Source of the DNA: an uncultured Nitrospiraceae bacterium
GTDB taxonomy: Bacteria; Nitrospirota; Thermodesulfovibrionia; Thermodesulfovibrionales; Dissulfurispiraceae
Direction of reading: 5' to 3'
DNA length: 64,000 nucleotides
Assembly (NCBI GenBank): GCA_963727805.1
Contig: CAVSHF010000003.1
Coordinates: 2,080,001-2,144,000 of the forward strand
Shown piece by piece: positions 21,597-31,778 of this stretch (position 1 is the first letter of the stretch; each line of letters starts with the position of its first letter). The translations under genes were made by a program, and so were the position numbers. A model generated the notes under the pieces. That model worked only from the letters and a program-made list of their open reading frames with translations. It was not told the DNA's origin and did no database searches.

Positions 21597-22205
21597 TCAA
21601 TGACCAGCAGTGTCGCCCCATAACTCCTTGAGCCGTTGGTCACGACCACACACGGTCCGGTAATATTTGTAACGGATTGGGTTTTTCTTGTAATAGTGCT
21701 GATGATAATCCTCAGCCGGGTAGAACTCTGTCGCTGCAACAATCTCGGTTACAATCGGGTCTTTCAAGGTCTTGTTCTTCTCCAATAGTTCCCTTGATTG
21801 CAGTGCCAAACGCCTCTGGTCATCATTGTGATAAAAGATGGCACTGCGATATTGGCGCCCCGAATCACAGAACTGCCGGTCCTTGGCGGTTGGGTCGATG
21901 TTGTGCCAGAAGACTTCCAGGAGCTTCTCATAACTCACGCGCGTCGGATCATAGATGACCTGAATCGACTCGGCGTGCCCTGTCCCTCCGGCGGAAACCT
22001 CTTTGTAAGTGGGGTTCTTTTTCTCTCCCCCAGTGTAGCCGGAAGTAACTGAAACCACACCCGGAATCTGGTCGAAGGGGTGCTCCATGCACCAAAAGCA
22101 ACCACCCGCAAAGGTCGCCTTATCAAGATTGGTTGCAGCTACAACCACCGTAGCAGCGAAAATCAACGTTGAAAATCCTATCATGGTAATAAAGAGCGTT
22201 TTCAT
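21597..22205 (-). CDS. msrA: exported peptide-methionine (S)-S-oxide reductase
   Basis: Signal peptide, GGCFWC, GHAE, QYRSAIF, FYPAEDYHQ. Confidence 0.95.
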   Translation of the reverse strand: MKTLFITMIGFSTLIFAATVVVAATNLDKATFAGGCFWCMEHPFDQIPGVVSVTSGYTGGEKKNPTYKEVSAGGTGHAESIQVIYDPTRVSYEKLLEVFWHNIDPTAKDRQFCDSGRQYRSAIFYHNDDQRRLALQSRELLEKNKTLKDPIVTEIVAATEFYPAEDYHQHYYKKNPIRYKYYRTVCGRDQRLKELWGDTAGH

Positions 22206-22653
22206 AGGGGTTCCTCCCTCATCATTAGATCATTTGCCGGTTGTCACGAACTAATGGGCCGTATTGATCCTTTCGTTTGATAAATCCTCAAAGACCCGGT
22301 AATAAGTGCATTAGAATACGGTTGTGAATTTCCTTTTTTTGACGTGCGCATCGTATAGAGATTATCACGATGGAAATGGAGTTACAACTCTAGCCGGTAA
22401 ACTGTCTCAGATACATCCTGACATAGCAAAAAGCGACAACATAGGTTCAATGGTAAACAAGTAACTGCTGCAGTTTGCACTCAGAGGCTCAAACAGTCAT
22501 TTATAATCACCGAATCTCGATAGGACGAATAACGAAAAGAGAATGAGAAAAAGGCAGATTGGAATAATAGAGCAGACTCATCGAAGTAGAAGAGGGCAGC
22601 ACCGGTCACGATAGAGAGAGAGTTGCTCACTGGGTTGCCTTGAGCGGAGCTGC

Positions 22654-24009
22654 CTATACTTTCAAGCCTATCTGTTTCTGAATAACAGCGGCGATCTCTT
22701 CTGCTATCGTCTTTGTCAACCCATGCTCCTCGCCCTCGACCATGACCCTGATCTTGGGTTCTGTCCCCGACGGCCGCACCAGTATTCTTCCTTTGTCGCC
22801 GAGCTTCCGGCTGCAGGAGTCGATGACCTTCACGATATCGGGATAGTCCCCATACTTTTTCCCCTTCGAAACAACGACATTCAAAAGAGCCTGGGGGTAG
22901 AGCTCAATGCCCTCAGCCAGTTCGGAAAGCATCCGGTTTTTCTTGCGCATTAAATAGAGTATCTGAAGAGCCGTGATCGGCCCGTCTCCGGTGGTATTGT
23001 AATCCGAAAAAATCATATGCCCTGACTGTTCCCCTCCCAAGTTGTACCCACCTCTGATCATCTCCTCCACAACATAGCGGTCGCCAACCTTCGTTCTTGT
23101 AAGCGTAATGCCGAGGCCAGCCAGGTATTTTTCAAGTCCGAGGTTGCTCATGACCGTAGCCACAACACAGTCTCCTTTCAGCCTGCCTTCCCGCTTCATC
23201 TCAGCGGCGCATATCCCCATCACAACGTCACCGTCGATTATATTAGCTTTCTCATCGACAAAGAGGGTCCTGTCAGCATCTCCGTCATGGGCGATTCCAA
23301 TATGCGCTCCAGCGTACTTGACTTTCTGTGCAAGCTGATCCAAATGCAGTGACCCGCAATTCAGATTGATGTTCAGACCATTAGGCTCATCGTTGATAGA
23401 GATGACCTCCGCCCCAAGCTCTTGCAGCAGCTTCGGTGTAATCTTGTATGCTGCCCCGTTGGCGGTATCAACAACAACTTTAAGACCCTCTAAATCGATC
23501 CCCCTTGGGATGGAGGATTTTATATACTCGATATACCGGCCTGAAGCGTCGTCTAGACGGAAAGCCTTGCCGATTCTTTCTCCCGTCGGTTTCCGGGAGG
23601 GGAAATTTTCATCCAGTACAAGCTGTTCGATTTCTTTTTCGAGATCGTCCGAAAGTTTGAAGCCCCCCGCCGAGAATATCTTGATTCCATTGTCCTCAAA
23701 GGGATTATGGGAAGCAGAAATTGCGACTCCCGCGTCGAGCCTAAGTGCCCTTGTGAGAAAAGCGATCCCCGGCGTCGGCATGGGACCGATCAGTGTCACG
23801 TTCATACCCATCGAGCAGATGCCCGCAGTCAGTGCGCTCTCGATCAGGTACCCTGACAACCTTGTGTCCTTGCCAATCAGCACCTCGTTCCTTCCATGGT
23901 CGTCCCTGACCACCAAAGCAATAGCCATGCCCACGCGTAAAACATTCTCCGGCGTCATAGGTGAGCGGTTGACCTTCCCCCTTATCCCATCGGTACCAAA
24001 AAGTTTCAT
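22654..24009 (-). CDS. glmM: phosphoglucosamine mutase
   Basis: LFGTDGIRG, SASHNP, DGDADR, GGEQSGH, RPSGTEP. Confidence 0.97.
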   Translation of the reverse strand: MKLFGTDGIRGKVNRSPMTPENVLRVGMAIALVVRDDHGRNEVLIGKDTRLSGYLIESALTAGICSMGMNVTLIGPMPTPGIAFLTRALRLDAGVAISASHNPFEDNGIKIFSAGGFKLSDDLEKEIEQLVLDENFPSRKPTGERIGKAFRLDDASGRYIEYIKSSIPRGIDLEGLKVVVDTANGAAYKITPKLLQELGAEVISINDEPNGLNINLNCGSLHLDQLAQKVKYAGAHIGIAHDGDADRTLFVDEKANIIDGDVVMGICAAEMKREGRLKGDCVVATVMSNLGLEKYLAGLGITLTRTKVGDRYVVEEMIRGGYNLGGEQSGHMIFSDYNTTGDGPITALQILYLMRKKNRMLSELAEGIELYPQALLNVVVSKGKKYGDYPDIVKVIDSCSRKLGDKGRILVRPSGTEPKIRVMVEGEEHGLTKTIAEEIAAVIQKQIGLKV

Positions 24010-24660
24010 TTATTCTATTCTCCCTATTACTACTTTAACCGTCACATCAGTTGTTTTTAGCCTCACGTTCTTTCCGTTGGCATCGACACGCACATTCTGA
24101 GAGATATCGGCATCGAGACCGGTCACATCGAGCGGCTCGGTCCGCAGTGCCGCAAGTCGCGTCATTTCAGTAGTAGCCCCTTCGACAGATACCATGGCAG
24201 GATTGACAGTAATCTTTTTTATTTCATAACCCCTTGCAGGCATCCCTACGATATAGGGCTTAACCTGCACCGCTCTCAACAGCGATTCATCAAGAGTGAC
24301 CTTTACGAACGTGGGCTCGGTTCTCAATATTTTAATATTCTTGGTGACTTTTACATCGTTGATGTCGAAGTAGTAACTTGCTTCACCCGCTTTACCGTTC
24401 GACAGGTCGACAACCACCCGAATGTCAGAAGGTTTGAGCCCGTTCAGAATACTTTCATGCCCACGGATATTGATGGTCACCTTTTTGATATTCTGCCTGA
24501 GTATTTCGAGTCCCTGGGGCACATTCTTGAATTCGAGCTGTGCTTCGACCGTCGTCTCTGACTGGCCGCGGTAAGTGACAAAAAACCAGAGCGACACAGC
24601 AATGGCGACCGAAAGGAGCTTGAAGCCAATGTTCCCGTAAGGCGTTTCTTTCAATTTCAC
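24010..24660 (-). CDS. cdaR: CdaR/YbbR-family regulator of diadenylate cyclase
   Basis: One TM helix (KLLSVAIAVSLWFFV) followed by YbbR-like domains; between dacA and glmM; GTG 24660 after GGAG. Confidence 0.85.
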   Translation of the reverse strand: MKLKETPYGNIGFKLLSVAIAVSLWFFVTYRGQSETTVEAQLEFKNVPQGLEILRQNIKKVTINIRGHESILNGLKPSDIRVVVDLSNGKAGEASYYFDINDVKVTKNIKILRTEPTFVKVTLDESLLRAVQVKPYIVGMPARGYEIKKITVNPAMVSVEGATTEMTRLAALRTEPLDVTGLDADISQNVRVDANGKNVRLKTTDVTVKVVIGRIE

Positions 24661-24673
24661 TTCTGATTCTCCA

Positions 24674-25477
24674 TCATTTCTTTTTAAAAAACCTAACCTT
24701 TTGTGCAACGGTTTTCGATTTCTTTTGTACCGTAAAAAGCTCGGTAAGAACGTCTCGCAGCGTCCCCAGATCAAGGGGAGAATTCAGCTTGCCGTCCATC
24801 GCCATCGAGACTGTCCCGGTTTCCTCCGAAACAACAATAGCGACGGAATCAGTCTCTTCGGTGATGGCGATACCAGCTCTGTGCCTTGTTCCAAACGCCT
24901 TGCTCACACCTGTGCCAAGCCTTATGGGAAGAAAGCAGCCGGCGGCAACGACCCTGTTGCCCTTGATCACCACGGCGCCGTCATGAATCGGAGAAGAGGG
25001 ATGAAAGATACTCAGGAGCAGTTCTTTCGTGACCCTCGCATCTAAAGAGGTCCCTATCTCTACGTACTCCTTCAAGCTTACCTCACGCTCGATAACGATA
25101 AGTGCTCCGATCTTCCTGTTCGCCAGCGCAATCGAAGCCTTGACTATTTCATCGAGCGATTTGAGTTCTTCTGCCGAGGTGAAGCTCTGAAGTAAAGGAG
25201 ACTGCCCCATCTGGGCGAGTGCCCTCCTAATCTCGGGTTGGAAGAGGACAATGACCGCTATAACTAGCTGGGACCAGAAACTCTGGATAAGCCAGTCGAT
25301 AGTATAGAGCTGAAGATATTTCGCGAGAAAAAGGGCGATAAGCAGAAAACTGAAGCCGACAAGCATCCTCGCGGCTATGGTCCCCTTGATAAGCACGAGC
25401 ATCCGATACAGGATTATTGAGACCAGAACGATATCGACAATATCCTGCCATCTGAGCTGTCTCAATAAATCTATCAA
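24674..25477 (-). CDS. dacA: diadenylate cyclase CdaA/DacA
   Basis: Three TM helices, FQPEIRRAL, HDGA and GTRHRA catalytic motifs, VSEETG. Confidence 0.96.
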   Translation of the reverse strand: MIDLLRQLRWQDIVDIVLVSIILYRMLVLIKGTIAARMLVGFSFLLIALFLAKYLQLYTIDWLIQSFWSQLVIAVIVLFQPEIRRALAQMGQSPLLQSFTSAEELKSLDEIVKASIALANRKIGALIVIEREVSLKEYVEIGTSLDARVTKELLLSIFHPSSPIHDGAVVIKGNRVVAAGCFLPIRLGTGVSKAFGTRHRAGIAITEETDSVAIVVSEETGTVSMAMDGKLNSPLDLGTLRDVLTELFTVQKKSKTVAQKVRFFKKK

Positions 25478-25490
25478 TGCCCCTCCTTTA

Positions 25491-26159
25491 TTAAGAAGAG
25501 ATGATGTCCTTGTTGATCTTGAAGTTCATCCTCGCCTTAGCCCCCTCGACAAAAGACCGGAGTGCCGCATTACGCTTGTTGTATAGAGCCATCTGTTTTA
25601 TCATCGCTGCTTTTGTTGGGTCCGCCTGAGTCCCCGCGAGATCAATCTCGTTGATATCCACGCTTGAAATGATAAGCTTTCTCATTTTATCCACGGCAAG
25701 TTGGTCGCGAAGCATGCCTTCGTACATATCGGGAGTAAGCCTGTTCATTGTAAGAGTCCTCAGATAGATGTCCTTCTTGAAGACCCCATCACGCCTGAAC
25801 CGTGGATCATTGATAATAGTTTGCTGAAGGTCTTCGTCCGAAGCGGTCAACCCAAGTTCCCTCGCTGAAATGAGCAGTACGCGCTCTTCGAGAAGCCCAT
25901 TGAGGACCATTTGCTTGAGGTTCAGCTTCTTCTCAATCTCATCGAAGGGCTGATCCTTATAAAGCTCCCGGTAGGTGTCCCTGGTTCTCTCGTAAGCCCT
26001 CCAGAACTCTTCGATGGTAATCTTTTCCTTTCCGATCTCCACGACAGTCTCCGTGGTCGACTTGTCCTTTGTGCCAACACCCCAAAAGATAAAAGTGATG
26101 ATCACGATAAAAAAGAGCACATAAAAATACCGCGCATGCTTGCGCATGGATTGTAGCAT
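25491..26159 (-). CDS. SurA N-terminal domain (PpiD-like) protein
   Basis: MLQSMRK plus TM helix, VLNGLLEERVL, FRRDGVF; no PPIase domain evident. Confidence 0.75.
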   Translation of the reverse strand: MLQSMRKHARYFYVLFFIVIITFIFWGVGTKDKSTTETVVEIGKEKITIEEFWRAYERTRDTYRELYKDQPFDEIEKKLNLKQMVLNGLLEERVLLISARELGLTASDEDLQQTIINDPRFRRDGVFKKDIYLRTLTMNRLTPDMYEGMLRDQLAVDKMRKLIISSVDINEIDLAGTQADPTKAAMIKQMALYNKRNAALRSFVEGAKARMNFKINKDIISS

Positions 26160-26181
26160 TTTCTATCCTCCCTCTAAAAAG

Positions 26182-26424
26182 TCACTGCTTTTCGCTGTTC
26201 TCTACCCTTATCTCAACGTTCTTTTCGGGCACGATCGTTGAAATGGCATGCTTATATATGAGTTGATCAGTTACATCTTTAAGAAGGACAACGAAATTGT
26301 CAAAGCCTTTGATGACACCCTTCAGCCTCACTCCGTTGGTGAGAAACATGACGACCGGTATCCTGTCCTTGCGCAGTTGATTGAGAAAAAGGTCCTGAAG
26401 ATTTTGATTCCTAATCTCTGGCAT
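26182..26424 (-). CDS. hfq: RNA chaperone Hfq
   Basis: [39 protein letters not shown] 26424 after AGGAG. Confidence 0.95.
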   Translation of the reverse strand: MPEIRNQNLQDLFLNQLRKDRIPVVMFLTNGVRLKGVIKGFDNFVVLLKDVTDQLIYKHAISTIVPEKNVEIRVENSEKQ

Positions 26425-26666
26425 AGATTCTTCGCTCCTCCTTTCCCCGAAAAACGTTTTCCTGCATTGCCTGATATACAGGAAAAAACATGCATGTCTC
26501 ACAGGTGTTCGTTTTATAACATAAATGATTTTACTCAATAATTCAAGCTCTCGGTTCCTCTGTGGTATAATGAAAATGCAGGCCTGCGAACAGGCCCCGG
26601 AATAGGGTTATCGGTCTTCCAATGGCCTTTCCCTATCGTTAATCTCAACCGAAACGGAGAAGAAAT

Positions 26667-26870
26667 ATGCCGATTTTTGAATATACATGCACCTCGTGTG
26701 GTCTCGAGTTCGAGAAGCTCGTTTTTGGAAATACGACCGTCTCATGCCCCAATTGCACCTCCGGAGAAGTGGCAAAAAAATTCTCACTTTTCGGCATGAG
26801 CGGCGGTGAAAAGCAGACCGCATCGGGATGCTCTACTTGCAGTTCCGGCTCCTGCAGTTCCTGTAAATAA
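26667..26870 (+). CDS. FmdB-family zinc-ribbon protein
   Basis: MPIFEYTCTSCG..CPNC plus CxxCxxxxCxxC tail. Confidence 0.88.
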   Translation: MPIFEYTCTSCGLEFEKLVFGNTTVSCPNCTSGEVAKKFSLFGMSGGEKQTASGCSTCSSGSCSSCK

Positions 26871-26956
26871 AAACTGTCTTCACGGCTGTTGACCTGCACG
26901 TTTCGATACAGGCAAACTATAATCAGATCATCAATGTTCGTTTAAATCGAAAAACC

Positions 26957-27271
26957 GTGGACGACAATGGAATTAAATTAAGCGAAGGCCTTGAAGAGAA
27001 GGTCCGACAGGAGACGAAGGAGCCCTCGCTCTATAGAGTCATTCTGCTGAATGATAATTATACGACCATGGACTTCGTCATTCGTGTTCTCGAAACCGTA
27101 TTCAACAAACCGCCGGCTGAGGCAACCCAGATTATGCTAAGCGTTCACAAGAAGGGGACCGGCCTATGCGGAGTATACACGCGGGAAATCGCCGAGATGA
27201 AGGTAATCACCGTCCATGACCTGGCCAGTCAAAGCGGATTCCCCCTTAAATGTATTATGGAGAAGGAATGA
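26957..27271 (+). CDS. clpS: N-degron adaptor ClpS
   Basis: YRVILLNDNYTTMDFV, MLSVHKKG, FPLKC. Confidence 0.95.
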   Translation: MDDNGIKLSEGLEEKVRQETKEPSLYRVILLNDNYTTMDFVIRVLETVFNKPPAEATQIMLSVHKKGTGLCGVYTREIAEMKVITVHDLASQSGFPLKCIMEKE

Positions 27272-29547
27272 TTAACAAGGAACTCGGGCTGACGCTCGAT
27301 GCGATCATCAAGGATGCAAAAAACAGGAAGCATGAATACCTGACAGCCGAACATCTCCTTTTTGCAATAATCCATGACGAGATGGGCATTGATATCATAA
27401 CGGGCTGCGGCGGCAATGTACTGAAGATCAAGGCGTCCCTCGAAGAATTCTACGAAAAGGACATCCCTCTTCAATCCCAAAAGAGTAATGCCAATCCGAT
27501 GCCCACCCTCGGCTTTCAGCGGGTCATACAAAGAGCGTTGAACCATGTTCATTCCGCGGAGAAGAACGAGGTGGATGCCGGTGACCTCCTTGCGGCTCTT
27601 TTTCTAGAAGAGGATTCTCATGCTGTCTATTTCCTCGAACAGGAAGGGATTTCGCGCCTCGATGTGCTGAACTTTATCTCGCACGGAATACCCGGAACGC
27701 ATGATGAAAATCCCTCTGAAGCTGCGCATGAAGCGCCCGAGCATGGATGCGAATGCTCGCGCCCTGATCAGAAGCGCTCTGAGTCAAAGGATCCTCTCAA
27801 GCTTTTCACGATAAACCTCGTTGAGAAAGCGGCCGAGGGCGCTATTGATCCGCTTGTGGGAAGAGAGGCTGAAGTAAAGAGGACTATCCAGGTACTTTGT
27901 CGGAGAAGAAAAAATAATATCGTTTTCGTTGGAGAGCCGGGGGTCGGAAAGACCGCTATCGTTGAAGGACTTGCACTGAACATACATAAGAAAGAAGTGC
28001 CAGAGGCACTCAAGGATGTCAGAATATTTTCTCTCGACATGGGCGCCCTTCTTGCAGGGACCAAATATCGTGGCGATTTCGAGGCACGCCTCAAGGCGAC
28101 GATTAAGGAACTCGAAAAGATACGCGGCGCGATACTCTTCATCGATGAGATCCATACCGTTGTCGGGGCCGGAGCAACCAGCGGAGGCTCGATGGATGCC
28201 TCGAATATTTTGAAGCCGGCACTTAATTCGGGGAGGCTCCGCTGTATCGGCGCGAGCACTTACGAGGAGTACAGGAATTATTTCGAAAAAGATCGCGCCT
28301 TTTCGCGGAGGTTCCAGAAGATCGAAATCCAAGAGCCGACCGTCGCTGAAGCCATCTCGATCCTCAAGGGGCTTCGCCCGTATTACGAGGACTTTCACAA
28401 CGTCACGTACACCGATGGCGCACTTAAGGCCGCCGCGGAGCTTTCCGCAAAACATATCAACGATAAATGCCTGCCGGACAAAGCAATCGATGTAATCGAT
28501 GAAGCCGGCGCCACACGCAAACTTCTCGCTCCCGACCAGACTCAAGGAAAATCTGCTACGGTTGTTGGCGTACGGGAGATCGAAAGTATCGTTGCGACGA
28601 TCGCCCGGATACCTTCAACAAACATCTCTTCGTCCGACACGGAAAAACTGAGGAATCTCGAAGATGAACTTAAGCTTACCGTCTTTGGCCAAGACGGTGC
28701 GATCCACTCGCTCGTGTCCGCCATCAAGAGGGCGCGGGCAGGCCTCGGAGCACCCGAAAGACCAATCGGCTCTTTCCTTTTCACTGGCCCCACAGGCGTC
28801 GGGAAAACCGAAGTCTCAAAGCAGATGGCGTCTGTTCTTGGAGTGCAGTTCACACGATTTGATATGAGCGAGTATATGGAAAAACATGCGGTTGCTCGAC
28901 TGATAGGAGCGCCTCCGGGTTATGTTGGATTCGATCAGGGGGGGCTCCTCACCGATGCGATCAGGAAACACCCTTACTCGGTACTTCTTCTCGATGAGAT
29001 CGAAAAAGCCCACCCAGATATTTTCAGCATATTACTCCAGGTGATGGACTACGCGACATTGACCGATAACAACGGCAAGAAGGCTGATTTCCGCAACGTC
29101 ATCCTCATCATGACTTCAAATGCTGGCGCAAGGGAAATGGACAAGGGCTCCATAGGTTTCGGCAACAGGAGCAATGACACGCAGGCTGAAAGTGGCCATG
29201 CCATCACAAAGCTCTTCAACCCGGAATTCAGGAACCGACTCGACGCCATCATCACCTTCAACCCTCTCACTCCCGAGATCATGAAGAAGGTGGTCGACAA
29301 GTTCGTTGAAGAGTTGCGCCGTCAGCTAATACGGAAAAAAGTGAAGATCGTCCTTTCTGAGGAAGCGCATGGTTGGCTCGCCGACAGGGGACACGATGTT
29401 CTCTACGGCGCGCGACCATTAGGACGGCTCATGCAGACCAAGATCAAGGATGCGCTGTCAGAGGAGGTTCTATTCGGCAAGCTCAAAAAGGGGGGCACCG
29501 TACGCATTGACCTCAAAGACGGCCAATTTGATTTTACATACGCTTGA
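27268..29547 (+). CDS. clpA: ATP-dependent Clp protease ATPase ClpA
   Basis: Two AAA modules (GEPGVGKT, GPTGVGKT), no middle coiled coil; ATG overlaps the clpS stop. Confidence 0.96.
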   Translation: MINKELGLTLDAIIKDAKNRKHEYLTAEHLLFAIIHDEMGIDIITGCGGNVLKIKASLEEFYEKDIPLQSQKSNANPMPTLGFQRVIQRALNHVHSAEKNEVDAGDLLAALFLEEDSHAVYFLEQEGISRLDVLNFISHGIPGTHDENPSEAAHEAPEHGCECSRPDQKRSESKDPLKLFTINLVEKAAEGAIDPLVGREAEVKRTIQVLCRRRKNNIVFVGEPGVGKTAIVEGLALNIHKKEVPEALKDVRIFSLDMGALLAGTKYRGDFEARLKATIKELEKIRGAILFIDEIHTVVGAGATSGGSMDASNILKPALNSGRLRCIGASTYEEYRNYFEKDRAFSRRFQKIEIQEPTVAEAISILKGLRPYYEDFHNVTYTDGALKAAAELSAKHINDKCLPDKAIDVIDEAGATRKLLAPDQTQGKSATVVGVREIESIVATIARIPSTNISSSDTEKLRNLEDELKLTVFGQDGAIHSLVSAIKRARAGLGAPERPIGSFLFTGPTGVGKTEVSKQMASVLGVQFTRFDMSEYMEKHAVARLIGAPPGYVGFDQGGLLTDAIRKHPYSVLLLDEIEKAHPDIFSILLQVMDYATLTDNNGKKADFRNVILIMTSNAGAREMDKGSIGFGNRSNDTQAESGHAITKLFNPEFRNRLDAIITFNPLTPEIMKKVVDKFVEELRRQLIRKKVKIVLSEEAHGWLADRGHDVLYGARPLGRLMQTKIKDALSEEVLFGKLKKGGTVRIDLKDGQFDFTYA

Positions 29548-29560
29548 TGAATAGACGTTC

Positions 29561-30244
29561 ATGACCGTTTTCCGCCTGACCGAAGACATTATATTCCCCC
29601 CCCCGGAACTTGCGGATGAAAATGGTCTCCTGGCAGTCGGCGGAGACCTGAGCGTGGAGCGTCTCCTTGTCGCTTATTCGATGGGTATTTTCCCCTGGTA
29701 TTCTGACGGTTACCCTATCTTGTGGTGGTCCCCCGATCCGCGGCCTGTATTGCTCCCCGCAGAGCTGAAGGTTTCGAGGAGCCTCCGGCAGAGTATGAGA
29801 AAAGGAATTTATACAATCACGATGAACAGGGCATTCGAGGGAGTCATCAGAAATTGTTCCTCCATCCACAGAAGGCAGGACGAGGGGACTTGGATCACTG
29901 AGGAAATGATCGATGCCTACATTCGGCTTTATAAAGCGGGATACGCCCTCTCGGTCGAAGCGTGGGACGGCGATGAACTTGCAGGGGGCCTTTATGGCGT
30001 CTTTCTGGGGAAGGCTTTTTTTGGCGAATCGATGTTCGCAAAAAAAAAAGATGCATCAAAGATCGCCTTTGTAAAATTGGTAGAGCGACTGAAACAGCTC
30101 GGTTTTGAATTAATCGACTGTCAGGTCACCACGACACATCTGACAAGATTCGGGGTCCGGGAGATCCCGCGCCCTGAATTCATTAACCGCTTGAAACAAG
30201 CCCTGCAGGCTTCAGACAAAGACAACGCAAAGATCGAGCTGTAA
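29561..30244 (+). CDS. aat: leucyl/phenylalanyl-tRNA-protein transferase
   Basis: GGDLS, GIFPW, WWSPDPR, TWIT, GESMF, IDCQ. Confidence 0.96.
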   Translation: MTVFRLTEDIIFPPPELADENGLLAVGGDLSVERLLVAYSMGIFPWYSDGYPILWWSPDPRPVLLPAELKVSRSLRQSMRKGIYTITMNRAFEGVIRNCSSIHRRQDEGTWITEEMIDAYIRLYKAGYALSVEAWDGDELAGGLYGVFLGKAFFGESMFAKKKDASKIAFVKLVERLKQLGFELIDCQVTTTHLTRFGVREIPRPEFINRLKQALQASDKDNAKIEL

Positions 30245-30256
30245 TCCTCTCTAGGT

Positions 30257-30679
30257 CTAGTCGGGCTTACTGAAAGGATTCGCCCTCAATATTTCATCGA
30301 GCTTGAGCGGCTTCTCCTTTAGAACAAAAACTGCAAGCCCCCTATCCTCAGTGACATTGCCGCCCTTCTTCCAGTTGCCGTTCCAGGAAATATAGAGGTG
30401 TATTGTATCACCGTAGATCTCCACGAGCATCGGCGTAAAAGTAAGCTCCGCTGCATCGAAACTCTTCTTCGCGTTGATGACGCTTCTATACCCTTCCCTC
30501 GTGCTGAATTTTTCAATGGCTGCAAGGTCATTCTTAAGGTAGGCCTCCCTGATCTTTTCCGCAACGGTGAAAGCCTCGGTCGTGAGGGCCGAATCTGATG
30601 AAACCTTCTTCACCTCTTTCTTTCCACAGGCGGCGACAAAAACAAGCAGTATCAACCCGAGGGCAAGAAATCGTTTCAT
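30257..30679 (-). CDS. hypothetical lipoprotein
   Basis: Lipobox VAAC after a hydrophobic stretch; GGAGG RBS. Confidence 0.75.
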   Translation of the reverse strand: MKRFLALGLILLVFVAACGKKEVKKVSSDSALTTEAFTVAEKIREAYLKNDLAAIEKFSTREGYRSVINAKKSFDAAELTFTPMLVEIYGDTIHLYISWNGNWKKGGNVTEDRGLAVFVLKEKPLKLDEILRANPFSKPD

Positions 30680-30800
30680 ATATGTTTACCTCCGAAAGAG
30701 AAGATGGCGTTGCAGGCTTTAGGATTATACTCGATTTGCTCCTAATAAATGAAGGGTCATTCCCGGAAAGTGCCAGAAAATGGGTATGCTATAATTACTG

Positions 30801-31250
30801 ATGCAGTTTGTTTGTCAAAACAGAAAGGCATACCACGACTATGCTATAGAAGAGACCCTCGAATCTGGGATCTCTCTCCTTGGCACCGAGGTCAAGTCTA
30901 TCAGAGAAGGCAGGATTAACCTCAAGGACAGCTATATCCTTGTCAAAGATACCGAAGCCTATCTCCTAAACTGCCACATCAGTCCATACAGTCACGGCAA
31001 CATCATGAATCACGAACCCTTGCGCACTCGCAAGCTCCTCATGCACCGGAAGGAAATCGTGCGACTTCAGGGGAAGATGGCCCAGAAAGGTTACACCCTG
31101 ATACCACTCAAGATATATTTCAAAAACGGTCGTGTCAAGGTCGAAGTGGGCCTCGCCAAAGGGAAAAGAGAATACGAAAAACGCGATGCGATCAAGGAAC
31201 GAGAAGCCCATCGAGAGATCGAGAAGGCGATGAAGAGCAGGAACAGATAA
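30801..31250 (+). CDS. smpB: SsrA-binding protein
   Basis: NRKAYHDY, GTEVKSIR, RKLLMH, GKREYEKR; immediately upstream of tmRNA. Confidence 0.97.
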   Translation: MQFVCQNRKAYHDYAIEETLESGISLLGTEVKSIREGRINLKDSYILVKDTEAYLLNCHISPYSHGNIMNHEPLRTRKLLMHRKEIVRLQGKMAQKGYTLIPLKIYFKNGRVKVEVGLAKGKREYEKRDAIKEREAHREIEKAMKSRNR

Positions 31251-31329
31251 GTCCGGTTCCACTCTGAATTATCAGCAGGAATCCCGGATAAATGGTATAA
31301 TAGAATAAGGTAAGACTTCTTATCCAAAC

Positions 31330-31679
31330 GGGGGCGAAAGGACTCGACGGGGGTTATGAGGCTTAGGTTGCATGTCGTGGCTCCATCACCACGTAAATAA
31401 GGTGGAAACAAACACAAAAGCCAACAACGAACTGGCACTTGCTGCTTAACTAAAAGCAGCACGCTCACGCAGGACTGCCTGTGGCTTGCAATGAGCGTCA
31501 TTGAGCAGGCTGCCGCCGAATGAGGGCCCTGGCCTTCGGCGGGAGACTTAGGGGATAGGATACCGGAGGGCCTGCCAATCGGCATGCCGGCATCCGAAAC
31601 GTTAAATAGGGTGGCTAAACATGTAGAAGCCTGAGAGTAGTGCTTTCGGACGCGGGTTCAATTCCCGCCGCCTCCACCA
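31330..31679 (+). ncRNA. ssrA: tmRNA; tag reading frame 31420-31449 encodes (A)ANNELALAA
   Basis: 5' GGGGGCGAAAGGACTCGAC; 3' T-arm GCGGGTTCAATTCCCGC plus CGCCTCCACCA; internal GCCAACAACGAACTGGCACTTGCTGCTTAA; 350 nt. Confidence 0.96.
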
Positions 31680-31749
31680 AGAGTATTATTATAATTCAAT
31701 CAGTTATATGGTTTATTATGTAAAGAACAACTCTGAACAGCTTTAAGGG

Positions 31750-31778
31750 AAAGAGGGATTCCGCAATCCCTCTTTTTT
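31750..31778 (+). terminator. intrinsic terminator after ssrA
   Basis: AAAGAGGGATT-CCGC-AATCCCTCTTT hairpin running into a T tract. Confidence 0.8.

Noticed and set aside
21597..22205. Selenocysteine MsrA, given nearby selB
   Set aside because: The active site is GCFW with a Cys codon; no in-frame UGA candidates were noticed in the window.
23366..24100. Long antisense ORFs over glmM (similarly over selB, clpA, kdpB, kdpD, ltrA)
   Set aside because: Ser/Pro-rich shadow frames of well-supported genes.
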